A stretch of DNA of 64,000 nucleotides, taken from NCBI RefSeq assembly GCF_036588685.1, contig NC_086384.1:44330001-44394000 (forward strand), given 5' to 3'. This DNA is from Mytilus trossulus (taxonomy: Eukaryota). The notes under the pieces were generated by a model, which worked only from the letters and a program-made list of their open reading frames with translations, did no database searches and was not told where the DNA came from. Positions 1 through 13,435 of this stretch are shown here, piece by piece (position 1 is the stretch's first letter; every line of letters begins with the position of its first letter). A program made the position numbers and the translations under genes.

Positions 1-665
1 TGACATGCCTTCTAGATTGTTCATCAACAGTTCTTATGATTTAAGCTCTTTTAAACTGATTTATATAGTTTGTTCTTCTATCTGCTATGCTGTACATGTA
101 ACATTACTGTCCCAGGTTGGGGGAGGGGAGCGCTCACAAACATGTTTTACCCCGACACATTCCTTATGTGTCTGTCCCAAGTCAGGAGCCTGAACTTCAG
201 TGGTTGTCGTTAGTTCATGTCTGTCATATTTGTTTTCGTAAATTTGTTTGTTATACATTAGGCCGTTAGTTTTCTTATGATTGAATTATTCATATTTTTC
301 ATGTCGGGTCGTTTTGAGCCGACCTTACGGAATGGATTTTCCTCATTGTTGAAGGTCGTACGGTTGACTATAACTGCTTACATCCACTTCACTTAAAATT
401 TGGTTGATAGTTGTCTTATTGGCAATCATATCACATCTCTTTATTTTATATTATAAATAAGTAGCATCCATCTGTCCCTTGTCCAGCAAAGAAGGGCAAA
501 TACACGTGGATTTATATATTTTCGTGGGTATCAGTTTTCGTGAATTGAGGTAAAGTTGCATTTTAGTGTATATTTGATTTCGTTGATTTGACAACGTCTG
601 CATACAAGCCTATAGAAAAATTGCAATTCATTTAACATTGAAATTCGTGGTTCGCCTGTATCCTA

Positions 666-1023
666 TATAATGCGTATTTGAAGTGAACACTTATTGCCAA
701 AAAAATAATGACAAGTATGCTGTAAACAACAAAAATGTCATGTTCATATGAAGTACTTATTAAAGAAAATGAAGATGCTGATATTATTACTGTCACCATG
801 GAGACAACTCGTATAAATAAACATCAAAGTGACATCTTTATCAAGATCTTGCAGCTGTAATATATAATTGTTCTTTGTCAGTAACGGTGACACCGACTAA
901 TTATAAGTATCTGGAAATCGGTATAACATCATCAGTATAAAAAACGGCAAACTCTTTGCTTGGCAAGATTTATTTATTATACATTTATACAAATTTAGAT
1001 AAAAGATTCTCGAAAAAGAGCAG
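666..1023 (+). repeat. Dispersed repeat, copy 1, truncated by the Harbinger-like insertion
   Basis: Colinear with 47817-48168 up to aaaaagagcag. Confidence 0.85.
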
Positions 1024-4000
1024 GGCCCGTATGCATAAAGCTACTTAAGTTAAGATTTTCCTTAGTAAACACTTAAGTTAAGGAAACTCCGCCCTTTTTA
1101 TCTAAGTGGTATGCATAAAAAATCTTAAACTAAGTATTTCCTAAGTAAAATCTTAGTTGCTTTAAGTCACGCCCACAAAACTTAAGTGGTATGCATAAAA
1201 CTCCTTATACTAAGGAAACGCCTAAGATAACACTTAAGTCTAAGGTACCTATAGAGCTTCCTTAAATTTTCCAAATTAGTTAAAAATCAATTGAGAGTAT
1301 GCGTCTTTTGCAGAACATTAATAGGTAACCTACAATTAAATTCATTAAAAACTATATAAGGAATAAAATACTAATTATTCGTTTATTTTATTGCTAAATA
1401 TTAACGATCATCGTAATTTTCTTCAAATCACGTATACGCAACAAATCAAGAGATAACAGTGACAGTGGGTAGTTATATACTATTTCCCATATCTCGTGTG
1501 TATACCGAAAAGTACTCAGTTTTCATACTCATGTAATTCATGGTTCTATTTTTCTTTCGTTTACTCTGTTCGTGCACGTTTTTTAAATTGTTTAAATACA
1601 CCGTGCGGGTATCATTTGTAACCGTAGGTTAAAACAGAATCAAGGAATGAAGAGAGGGCATGAACAGCCACATTTTTTTTATATCATGTGTGTGTGGGTT
1701 TATTTTTGTTGTTGTTGTTTGGTTTGTTTTGGGGTTTTTTTGTTTTTTTTTTGGGGGGGGGGGGGGGGGGGTGTCATTTGAATTTTCAATTTAGTTTTAT
1801 TTTAAAGATGTAGGGCATACCCTACATTTTTTTCATTTACAGGAGCAAAATCAAATTATTTTTAAGACCTACCCAGAGGTGGATTTCTTTCATAAAAGGG
1901 GTTGGGTGTGGACATGGACCTCCATTGTGTTGAAACAATTATAAGTTGATTGTTTATGAAATCACTGTTACGGCAGTCCCAAGTCCCCACTGCTTCACCT
2001 CATGGAATTTCTTTATTTATGTAAGATCATATATATATATATATAAAAGGTATTTATGATACCTAACTCGTATCAATATTTTTTTCATATTTCCTGATAT
2101 ATTCAATGAGATATTTTGCGGTTTCGAAAAAAATGCTAAGTACCTTAAGATGTTGAGAATATGCTTCCTGTATTAATTTGTTTAAGTACTGATTGTTTGA
2201 CTTTTGAAAAATGCCCTAGTTTGTTTATAGATTCATGGGGAAAATTTCTACCCTTCCCCCTGTTTTTTTTGTTGTAAAAGGGAAGTGATAAAAATGTTAA
2301 TTTCACATCACAATAGATTTTTTTCAAATGTAAGCAATGGGTCTGGTAAGGGAGATGTCAGCGCATAATAAGCTGAACTATTAGTAAACATTTTATTGAA
2401 AAAAGTGTTTTGTAAAATGATTTGCCTACAATGCTACCCTTAGTCTTGTGCTACGCCACTGAAACCTTGATCATGTTTTGTTGGAGTTTTAAATATATGG
2501 TTGAATCCAGAAAATATTACACCCATTAAAACATGATTAAAGATTAAGTAGAGGAAAGTCTTGGATTACCGAAATATTTTCCTCCAATGCTCATCCGTCG
2601 AAACATCTTATTTCAGTAAGTACAATTATATCTATCATGAACTTTGCCCATTAGTAACAGAGAACTATATTTGGTAAAAATTTACATAAATTTACCAAAT
2701 TAATGAAAATTGTTAAAAATTTACTATAAAGGGCAATAACTCCTTAAGGGGTCAATTGACCATTTAGGTCATGTTGACTTATTTGTAGATCTTACTTTGC
2801 TGAACATTATTGCTGTTTACAGTTTATCGCTATCTATAATAGTATTCAAGATAACCAAAAACGGCAAAATTTCTTTAAAAATTACCAATTGGAGGGCAGC
2901 AACCCAACAACCAGTTGTCCAATTCATCTGAAAAATTCAGGGCAGATAGATATTGACTTGATTAACAATTTAACTTCTTGTCAGATTTGCTCTAGATGCT
3001 TTGGTTTCATAATTATAAGCAAAAAACTGCATTTTACCCCTATGTTCTATTTTTAGCCGTGGCGGCCATCTTGGTTGAATGGCCAGGTAATCGGACACAT
3101 TTTTCAAACTAGATACCCCAAAGATGATTGTGGCCTAGTAGTTTCAGTGGAGATTTTGTAAAAGATTACTTAGATTTATGAAAAATGGTTAAAGATTGCC
3201 TATAAAGGGCAATAACTCCTAAAGGGGTAAACTGACCATTTTGGTCATGTTGACTTATTTGTAGATCTTACTTTGCTGAACATTATTGCTGTTTACAATT
3301 TATCTCTATCTATAATAATATTCAAGATAATAACCAAAAACAGCAAAATTTCCTCAAAGTTAAACTAGATACCCCAAAGATGATTGTGGCCAAGTTTGGA
3401 TTAATTTGGCCAAGTAGTTTCAGAGGAGAAGATTTTTGTAAAAGATTACTTTTATTTACGAAAAATGGTTAAAAATTGACTATAAAGGGCAATAACTCCT
3501 AAACGGGTCGACTGACCATTTTGGTCATGTTTGACTTATTTGTAGATCTTACTTTGCTGAACATTATTGCTGTTTACAGTTTATCTCTATCTATAATAAT
3601 ATTCAAGATTATAACCAAAAACAGCAAAATTTCCTCAAAATTACCAATTCAGGGGCAGCAACCCAACAACCGATTGACCGATTCATCTGAAAATTTTAGG
3701 GCAGATAGATCTTGACCTAATAAACATTTTTATCCCATGTCAAATTTCCTCAAAATGCTTTGGTTTTTGAGTTATAAGCCAAAAACTGCATTTTACCCCT
3801 TTGTTCTATTTTTAGCCGTGGTGGCCATCTTGGTTGGTTGACCAGGTCACGCCACACATTTTTTAAACTAGATACCCCAAAGATGATTGTGGCCAAGTTT
3901 GGATTAATTTGGCCAAGTAGTTTCAGAGGAGAAGATTTTTGTAAAAGATTACTTTAATTAACGAAAAATGATTAAAAATTGACTATAAAGGGCAATAACT

Positions 4001-4572
4001 CCTAAACGGGTCAACTGACCATTTTGGTCATGTTGACTTATTTGTAGATCTTACTTTCGACGGACAACGGACGCCAAGTGATGAGAAAAGCTCACTTGGC
4101 CCTTCGGACCAGGTGAGCTAAAAAAAAGAAAAAAAACCATGAATAACATGAGTATAAAAACTGAGTAATTTTCGGTATACACACGAGATATGGGAATACT
4201 ATATAACTACCCACTGTTATCTCTTGGTTTGTTGATTATGCGAGATTTGAAGAAAATTACGATGATTGTTTATATTAATTAAGCAATAAATAAACGAATG
4301 ATTAATATTTTATTACTGATAAAGTTATTAATCAATTTGATTGTAGATTAACTATTATTGTTTTCCAAAAAAACGCATACTTTCGATTGATTTTAAACTA
4401 TTTTTGAAAATTTAAGGAAGCTCTATAGGTACCTTAGACTTAAGTGTTATCTTAGGCGATTCCTTAGTATAAGTTTTATGCATACCACTTAAGTTTTGTG
4501 GGCGTGACTAAAAACAACTAAGATTTTACTGAGGAAATACTTAGTTTAAGATTTTTTATGCATACCACTTAG
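1024..4572. mobile_element. PIF/Harbinger-like element with about 450-bp inverted repeats, right tip missing
   Basis: Left terminus GGCCCGTATGCATAAAG follows CAG. 1102-1555 is the reverse complement of about 4125-4572. It interrupts a repeat whose uninterrupted copy lies at 47817-48280. Superfamily inferred from the terminus and the CWG target. Confidence 0.65.
2630..4125 (-). mobile_element. Helentron-associated (HINE/pearl-like) element with internal tandem repeats
   Basis: Terminus ...ggacgccaagtgatgagaaaagctcacttggcccttcggaccaggtgagctaaaaa (hairpin, GGAC microsatellite). Internal units beginning ctataaagggcaataactcct recur at about 2724, 3200, 3480 and 3983. Confidence 0.7.
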
Positions 4573-4606
4573 TGAAGCATTGTTAGACTAATCTTATTAG
4601 CATGTC

Positions 4607-4725
4607 CATAGGCGATTCCAACGGGGGTTTTGGTTGATTATATTGGGAATCACTGAAGCATGACTGCCCTCTCCTTTATGTCAGTCAGCGCGTCCACTCT
4701 TATGAAAAGTCTGTGTCCGCCACTG
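4607..4725. mobile_element. hAT5-like MITE, 5-bp TSD ATGTC
   Basis: CATAGGCGATTCC...GTCCGCCACTG. Same family as 6115, 46749, 50935 and 59989. Confidence 0.7.
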
Positions 4726-6114
4726 ATGTCTGTAAGATTAAAATGATTCAATCCACACTAGATAGACGCAATGGAGTATTTGAAGTAGCATTTCATAAAA
4801 TAAAGAAATAAAAATGGGGGGGGGGGATCTTCCCTCGATATGTGGCCGGTTGATTTTTTTCTAGAAATGTCCCAGTTATTTTTAGGAAACTAAATCAATA
4901 TTAATAGATAAACATCTTACAGGTTTAGCCTGTGAATAATTGCGTCTATTATATCATCCATGAAATCTTTAATTGTGTTTGTATTTCAAGATGTATATAT
5001 ACAAAATAAGTACTGTTTTATGATGTTTTTTGTTGTGTGCAAATATAATAGCATTCTTTTATGCAACCATCTTTATACGTAGAATTTGAAGCAGTCGATA
5101 GCAAAACAACAAGTGCGCATTTCAAACGGGACTGTCGTACGACTATTAGAAAAATAGATAGATTGATATTTTTCTAGTTTTTGTTTATTTTGAAGATTTC
5201 GTTGTAAACTTTTGTATATATAGATATACCAATAACGAAATGTGGTACATGTATCATCGGCTTGCAAAAAAGACAACTATCCACAACAGGACGAACTGAT
5301 CTAAAGGATGTAAACAACTACATTTGTATTTATGACGAATGGTAAACTTTTAAAGACCCCCCCCCCCCATGGAGAACAAAAAGTGACATTGAAAAAACAA
5401 TTACAGGAGAAAAGTATATATCAAATCAAAGACGTTGTACAACTGGCAATACTAATTTGAACAGTAACTGCGTCAATTCAAACTAAACAAATAAATATAG
5501 CCTGATCTCTGAGTTTCAGTGTACGAGTACGAGTACAGCAAAAGACGATAAAAATGCATGTTGTGTACAACAATAATACTGCGTATTATGCCATACTTGA
5601 AAAATCTATATATCATATGCATTGTTTTCCATTAACAAAATACTCAATGAAAATACAACATTTAAAAATTTGAAAAATAAGGCTTCGGATTTAAGTTACA
5701 CAGTGTCACAAATTTTGAATTTTGGTTTATAAACTGATTTTTTTTCGGATTTTAGGCGATAATTAATCAATCTGTAGTGTATATACTATTATATTGCTAT
5801 GTGCAATGTACAAGGCTATGCAAGTTTGTTAATTGTTATATAACATTCATAAACACCCTCTCACTGCCAACACCGCTGTGCGATTATGAAAAAAGTTGCA
5901 TTATTTCGTTCATTCATTTTATTGTCCATCTGTCTGTTCATTAAATGCTGTCAACAAAATTCCCCAAAACATATATAGTCCCTGTATTTCTGTGTGTATC
6001 TTTAACATTAATGCCCTTGGGCATACAATTTTTTTTATCTTATCTTACAAATGTTTTTTGGGATTTTAACTAAAAAAAAACCCGTAGATTTGGCAAACTT
6101 CCAAAGTCGAGTAG

Positions 6115-6291
6115 GAGTGGCGGATTCAGAAATTTTCATAAGGGGGAGAGCGAGCTGGCTCGGCTCAGTGAATGTCTAAGAGGGAGCCGCTCAAGTCATG
6201 GTTCAGTGCTTGCATATATAATTATCCAAGTTTTTTCCAAAAAAAAAGGGGGGGGGCAGGTCTCCTGAAAACCCCTCTAAATCCGCATCTG
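6115..6291. mobile_element. hAT5-like MITE
   Basis: GAGTGGCGGATTC...AATCCGCATCTG, flanks AGTAG/TGTAG. Confidence 0.6.
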
Positions 6292-6787
6292 TGTAGACAT
6301 CTTGTATCATTAATGCCCGTTAAAAAAACAGTGACTGTATTTGAATGAAATGTTCAGTATTTACGTGATTTATAGACTTGACTGTCGCGCATAAACGGGA
6401 GCAAATCTGGTTAATGCATGAACCATGCTTTTTTGCTATATTAATTAATTCGGTTTTTTTGCTTGACATTCTAAAGTACGACTACTTTTTAATCACGGGA
6501 CAACCTGATTGTGAAATCCTGAAAAAAAAATATTCCCGTAGGAAATCTATGTTTATCTTTACAAAGTGGTAGTAGATGGGTGCAGCTTTTCTGAACATAC
6601 CCTTAAAATAACAAATATCTATATTTATCACCAATACTAAAGCAAAATTCTCGCAAAAGCAACATCACTGACAAGACAAGTGTATCATTCGGAAGAACTT
6701 ATACCACTAATAACTCTCCACCAGCTATAATAATATATCGAACCCTTTCAAGAAAAATTCGTCCAGTAGTTACTCGTGCAAATATGA

Positions 6788-7546
6788 AACAAGAGGCTCT
6801 CAAGAGCCTGAATCTCTCACCTGCATTTTAAGGAGATAAAACTTGCATGATGAATAAATTGTTTAAAATTGTCTTTCAAGGGCAATAACTCCTTAAGGGG
6901 TAAATTGACAATTTTGATCATGTTAACTTTTTTGTAGATTTTTGCTGAACATTATTCACGAACCCCACCAAAAACTATGGATGATCACAGGTGCTCCGCA
7001 AGGGTAAGCAGATCCTGCTCCACATGTGGCACCCGTCGTGTTGCTTATGTGATATCAAATCCGGTACTTGTACGATTCGCTCCTGTATGTAACAACGTAT
7101 TAGATTTTAGCGCAGTTTATATCTATGTATAATGATATTCAAAATGATAACAAAAAAACTGCAAAATTTCGTTAAAACTACCAATTCAATTTTCAGGGCT
7201 GATAGATCTTTACCAATTCAATTAAACAATTTTATCCATGTCGATTTGCTCTTATAGCTTTAGTTTTTGAGATATAAGCCTAACACTGCATTTGACCCTA
7301 TGTTCTATTTTTAGCCATGGCGGCCATCTTTGTCAATGGATCACATCTTTGGATACAATCTATAAACTAGATACTAAGGAACATTAAGTTAAAGCTTGAA
7401 GGTATTTTGCTCAGTAGTTTCAGAGGAGAAGTTTTTTGAAATAGTTTAGAACGACAGACGACGACGACGACAGACGACGGACGACAACGGACGCCCAGTG
7501 ATGGCATAAGCCGACATGGGCCTTTCGGACCCGGAGAGCTTAAAAT
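6788..7546 (-). mobile_element. Helentron-associated (HINE/pearl-like) element, same family as 2630-4125
   Basis: aacaagaggctctcaagagcctg palindromic end, (GAC)n microsatellite at about 7455-7490, terminal hairpin, insertion in an A/T run. Contains a SINE-like fragment at about 6957-7066. Confidence 0.7.
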
Positions 7547-8409
7547 CGAAATTAAAACATTGATTTCAATGACAATAAATTTCTAGGAAATCACGAAGAA
7601 AATATTTCTGTCTGAAACATCGAAACCAGTCAGCGGAACGAAAAAAGAGAAGAAAAAAGGAAAACTTCTGTGTCAACAACAACTGTCACATATGCTATTG
7701 TTTTTCTTTCTTATTTTTTAAGATGATTGAATCAAAAACTGTTGATGAAAAGCTCTTTTCAGCGTAATCAATTTGAATTGTTTTACTTAAAATAATTCAC
7801 GATGAATTCTTGCATTGGAATACACGTGTTTTGTGTGTTTATGACAATTGTTATTGTTCAAACAATGGCAAATTGTAAGTTTAAAATTTATCATCTAATT
7901 TGAATCTAAATAAAACATATTCATGGTAATTTTAGATCGGACTGCTTATTTTTACTTAACTTCTTTTTATAGTTGAATGAACTTTAGGTTATAGTATCCA
8001 AATGTTCAAGTTGGATGAATTCATCCTATAAATGGCTACAACATTGTCAAGTCCGACCTGGATGAAAAATAAAAAAGGGGGAGGGCTGCAAAATATATCA
8101 TTATATAGGTCCATCAGTTTGTTAAGGGCTATTAGTGCATTTCTTCCGTTTCTAACATACGTTTGAAAAGTTCGCTGAAAATGCGTCTACAGTTTGTCGT
8201 TCGTCGTTTTGTTAGTTCAAACACTGCATTTCGTTTTAAATTTAACTGTTTGAATCAACTATCTACACATATTTTCCGCATTCAAAATATTTTATTTTGA
8301 CGAAAGAAAAAGAGGTATAATCTGATTGTCATAATTCAAAACAATTTCGAAAGTTACTCAAATTTAGGAATTGGACTACTTTTTTCATTGCTGCTATTTT
8401 CAATAATAC

Positions 8410-8668
8410 TAGATTATCGTTGATCATCTCAACGAGATTAATTTCCTCGTTTGAGGGTACGGCGAAAGTGAGAAAAGCGATCGAGTTGAGATTAATAATG
8501 ATAATCTGTTTATCGCTATTTCACCGATGACGACGGTTATTAATTTCATTGACAATAGCACGCGTGCTCTTAGTTTCTACCGGTAATTTTTCATATCACT
8601 CTACTGTGATGAAAAAAGAAATGATCAGTCAGTAAGATCAATGTAAAATTTCGTAATATAGCAATAAA
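8410..8668 (+). repeat. Dispersed element with ~95-bp terminal hairpin, copy 1
   Basis: agattatcgttgatcatctcaac...gttgagat...tgataatct hairpin. Homologous to 39246-39526. Confidence 0.75.
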
Positions 8669-9642
8669 AAGGTTTTATCATCACTATCTTCATACATTCA
8701 TCTGATGACGATGATGAACTGACAATAAAATTATATATTCACAGAAAAACATGTTCTGTGTGTCTAAAACACTCGTTCTACAAAAGCTATTTTCCGGCGT
8801 AATAAGTTTGAATACAAAAACATGTGCATGCATTTCTAATAGTTCATACATGGTCATTATGCCATTATTTAACGATGCATGTGTTTATTCTTTTGTTACG
8901 TTTAACAAACTATAACAAACGGCATTATTTCCCAATCCACTATCAATAAATATGTTGAAACTAAACTTCCTATAATTGACTTAAATGGTGTTTCGATCCT
9001 TTCTAACAAGGAAAACAGGCCGATTGAGTGGATAAAGAGGGAATGAAAAAAATCCACTCTGTTTATCTTTTATTTATTTTTTACTATTTTATTTTTAGTA
9101 CTGTCGCAAATTGAGTTTACCTTGTTAACTAAAAAGAAGATTATGAGACTCAAAATGTGACTTTTTTGTTTATTTTGTGAGAAATGCAACCCCCAAAAAA
9201 ATCGGAATTCATAATTGGGGCTTTCTTTGTTACGGACTGGTAGAACGTGGATTTTAACACTTCAAAATATTTTCAACGTCCAATATTTTTTTTGGTTATA
9301 AAAGAATTGCATTTGTCTAGAATTAAAGACTATAACTTACCCAGTTCATGTTGTAATCGGCCGATTCTTTGTTTCCCCTCAAAAATGACTATTGTAATTT
9401 GGCTTTAGAACTTAGCCATATGCGTAAAGATACAAGTATTTCAAATAGTATTTGAATACTAACATAATTTGTCCTAAATCTAGAATGTGACTTTAGGACA
9501 GATAATAGATTTCTATTATCATATGTGATAAATTCAAGATCATGTACAATGATGTAGCTTTTGGTGTTTAAATAAATTAACACAATCTTTATTGGTTAAC
9601 TTTATGATAAAGATTACACAGATTCGCCTTATTATTTACAAA

Positions 9643-9985
9643 ACTGGGTCGATGACTGATGGTGGAGTTTTTATTCCCCGAGGGTATCACCAGCCTAGTA
9701 GTCAGCACTTCTATGTTGAGATGAATTATCATTGATATAGTCATAATTTTAAATGAACTTTTGATATTTTGAATATTAATGCTTTTCTACTTCAGGAATA
9801 GTTCACCTTGGTTATAATTGGCAAAACGTTTAGGAATTTTCGGTCCTCAATGCTCTTCAACTTCGTACTTCATTTGACATTTTTAACTGTTTTTGATTTT
9901 AGCGTCACTGATGAGTTTTTTGTAGCCGAAACGTGCGTTTGGCGCCAATATAAAATTTCAATCCTGGTAGTTATGATAAGTTTAT
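9643..9985 (+). mobile_element. Retrozyme monomer with degenerate hammerhead
   Basis: Same unit as 22385-22735 (ggtatcaccagc.tagtagtcagcactt...cctcaatgctcttcaacttcgtact...gcgtcactgatgag...gaaacg). Core at 9908. Confidence 0.75.
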
Positions 9986-10504
9986 CTTTTGGTTGAAATT
10001 GCTAATCAAATAAGTACCAAAATATTTTTGTATTTATACCGCTTCTGGCTGTAAATAAAACCAATTCATCTTCGGATTCATGTACCAATTTTCAATACTT
10101 TGTTTATGTTTTGAGATTTTTATCCTTGTATTATGGTCTTATTTTATAAACCAACACTACTTAGGGTGTATTTTGATTGCCTCCCCCTTTTATGTATTAT
10201 ATTTTTTTTTTGTTATTTTTTTTTTTTAGTTTTAAAAACACTAAATCATGACGCCTTCTTCTAACATAAAGAAACCTCACACCCCTTTTCCTGGTTCCAT
10301 TTGTTTCGGACCCACTCTTTATTTTGTAACTCCCTGGAGATATAGACCAGCTTTACTATCCATAACTTGTTTAACTGTATTAAAACAAATGTAATGATAG
10401 AATAACACAATATACATCTTTCTTTAAAATATGCAACAAATTTATAAAAAATAAGAGAAGGATATATGCAAATCAACTTTAATTTCTTAAGTAGATAGAG
10501 GCAC

Positions 10505-10850
10505 ATTTACTGGTGGAAATTTAATTGCCCGAGGGTATCACCAGCCCAGTAGTCAGCACTTCCCTGCTGACATGAATTATCATTGATATGGTCATATTTA
10601 TAAAATAACTGTTTACAAAACTTTTTAACTTTTGAAAAAACTAAGGCTTGTCTACTTCAGGAATAGATTACCTTATATGTATTTGGCAAAACATTTTGGA
10701 ATTTTGCTCCTCAATGCTCTTCCAATTCGTTCTTTATTTGGCTTTAAAAAAAATTATTTTGGATTCGAGCGACACTGATGAGTTTTTTGTAGACGAAACG
10801 AGTTTCTGGTTTAAATACACAATTTAATCCTGGTATCTATGATGAGTTTA
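10505..10850 (+). mobile_element. Retrozyme monomer with degenerate hammerhead
   Basis: Same family. Core CTGATGA at 10775 and GAAAC at 10795; stem III and stem I are eroded. Confidence 0.75.
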
Positions 10851-11062
10851 TTTTAAATAAACAAGATGACAACTTTCTGACTTGGAAAAGCCACATGAAT
10901 ATATAAGAGTCTTAATTAGATTAAGATTAGGTCAAGCTTGTTTAGGAAGCAAATGATCGGTTTTTAAACATTCACATTTGAAACTTGCTTTTTAACGTGT
11001 CAAATGGTTTTTTAAGAGGTGTATATAATATACTAGTGATGCTGTATTTTATTTCGTTTCAG

Positions 11063-12209
11063 CACAGACTGTTGACAACAAGCGAGAGATTATTCATGAA
11101 TGGGTGACTCTAGATTAATATTATCCACCACGTATGAAAACTATGTTAAAAGACTCAAAATTGCTTATTTCAGAAAATATTGCAATATCAAATCTTGATG
11201 TATTAAACGGACAAATATTTATACCTATAGATAGAACATCTAAGCCTGGAATTCCAGCATCTCTTAATACTGTAATAAAGAAAACCGGGAATTTCCTTCT
11301 TAAACCATTTCCTAACCTACGCATGAATAGAATTGGCGATTGTAACAGCATTCAATCTGCAATCAGCGTGAACATTGACCCTAATACGAATCTAATATGG
11401 ATTATAGACGAAGGAGTTGTAAATAAGGTCCGTTTTTTGCGTCGAAAACTAATAACTTTTGATATCAGAACGAGACGAGAAGTATTTCGGCATATATTTC
11501 CCGAATCCGTTATATCTGAATCATTAAAGCTCTTTGATCTAACTTTGGATAGAGAGCAAGATTTAACTAGGTATGCCTATATTGTTGATTCTCTTTCATT
11601 TAAACTGATTGTTTTAGATACAATAACAAACAAATCTAGGTGGTTTTCACATCCTTCAATGGAGGCCGAAGAAAGTGCTGGAAATATTACTATAAACGGT
11701 GAAACTATCTTTAGCAGAGGAGGAATAAACAGCATTTCTATTTCATCGGACTTCAAATTCGTTTATTATTTCTCTGTTGCTAGTTTCAAAACATGGCAAA
11801 TTCCTACAAGTATACTGAGAGATTGTTCATCCGACAATAACACATTTGCTGCAAATGTCAGAATGGTTGGTATTCGTCAACACCATGCGGTAAGTTTGAC
11901 TTCCGGAACAAGAAGCTTCTTTTTCCCTGCTCAAGAAATCGATGATATATTGAAATAGGACCGTGAACAAGACATCAATTACTACGGGAGCAAAAAAGGA
12001 GTAAACCTTCGATCATTACAGAGGCTGTTCCAACCACTGCCTTGAATTGGGTTTTTGGGATGCATATAGATAACGGATATTTATTCTTCATCACAAATAA
12101 GTTATATAAAATCCGTCTCGAAACCATGGACTTTTCAGGCAACGATGGACCAAATTTTTCCCTTCAGAAGATCTTTGTTGGGGAAGGTAGCTATTTGCTA
12201 GGAAAATAA
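11063..12209 (+). pseudogene. Yellow/MRJP paralog pseudogene (exon 2 only)
   Basis: Same phase-1 acceptor (tttcAG|CACAG at 11062/3) and colinear with 29935-31103. Lesions: TAA at 11116-11118 replacing Tyr of TL(D/E)Y, TAG at 11956-11958 replacing Trp of WDR, and a 1-bp deletion near 12029. Homology resumes to SYLLGK* at 12209. No signal-peptide exon was found upstream. Confidence 0.88.
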
Positions 12210-12239
12210 TATGAAAAACAAAGTGTGTGATATCTAGTA

Positions 12240-13435
12240 TACTGAGTGCCAATGAAAACTCAACACATGGTTTTTCAAAAATAAAATTTATATTAGAAAT
12301 GATAATCTTTCAGAATAAATTGTTCTTGGAAATTAACAATTGTAACAATAGATCGATATGAAACAAAAATGTTTCATTGACATCTTTCAGACGCTATAGG
12401 TAAACGAAACATCCTATGTCGAATAATCAACTCACAGTCCTAACAAAACATGTTACAACCCCGTTGTGCAGCGCAATCTCGACAACGCCGTGGAACTAAT
12501 CAAATCGGACGTTTAATGTGATCTCAAGGAATGTTGTTCCACTAATCCCGCATATCAAACTCAAGCTGACTTTATGATATTGGTGGTGGTTTTCATCGTC
12601 TAAACCATGTCCAATCTGATGCAAAATTTGCTCGTTCGGCCCAAAATCGGGCGAAACACATGACTTTTGGCCAAGATGGGTGCCAAATGTCTATGTTACC
12701 ACCACTGACGGTTTTTGGTACACAATGAATGATTTTTGGTCTACAGAATTCGATATTTACGCTTTACGACCGTTTAGATGTCACTAAAGAAAGACTTTGG
12801 TGCTCTTTAACAATTTCTGCGGAAATGGTGCTTTACTGAAATTGCTCCAAAGGATCTACCATGACCACCATTAAACTCTCGTGACCTTTGTTCACCCATC
12901 AGAATCATTATCGAATATGTTTAAGACCGAATGTATCGGTCTGGCTGAGCGTTTCTTGCTTTGTGTACCCCGGGATGTCGCGTATCATTACATAATCCAT
13001 TTTGGTTGAATTTGTGGATGATTTGGGTTATTGTAGAGGCTACAACTTCAGTCTTCTCGTAGTTGTATGCAGTGAAAGGCTTCATTGGATCATGCCAAAA
13101 CTGCATGTCGCTGGTTGTCAGAAAGTCCTGGCATTTACTCAAATGTTTATTGCAGTTTCCTTACAATAAGGGCGGGACAATTCATGACATTAGTCAAGCT
13201 TTAAATGACAATCGTGAAAATGGTGCGTAGGTTGAAAAGCGGTGAACTCGGTTTATTTCCGTTCAAAATAACCCTTACTTCGCATTTGTTCCAAAAATCA
13301 CTCAACCGTAAAGTTGTCGTCAATTGTCTTAAAAGTCATTTTAAACCAACTATACAAAGTTCTAATATAGATAAAATAAAAATTATAAGATTTTTTGAAA
13401 AAACAAAAGTGTTGCGTTTTCATTGGCACTCAGTA
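12240..13435 (-). mobile_element. Internally deleted Tc1 transposon
   Basis: TIRs TACTGAGTGCCAATGAAAAC with TA TSD. Minus-strand transposase relics: N-terminal STITQIIHKFNQNGLCND.R.G....AQ.DRYIR and C-terminal WNNIP.DHIKR...PRRCRDC.AQRG. Confidence 0.85.

Noticed and set aside
1700-1772. Long G and T homopolymer runs as G-quadruplex elements (also 49568-49591, 49816-49840)
   Set aside because: Low-complexity tracts inside mobile elements, with length unreliable in assemblies.
5886-5978. Signal-peptide-like micro-ORF (MKKVALFRSFILLSICLFIKCCQQ) as the missing exon 1 of the yellow pseudogene
   Set aside because: No suitable phase-1 donor and no similarity to exon 1 at 29413.
11134-11958. 274-aa ORF as a functional gene
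   Set aside because: It lies between two premature stops of a longer yellow reading frame, and lacks the signal peptide and C-terminal blades.
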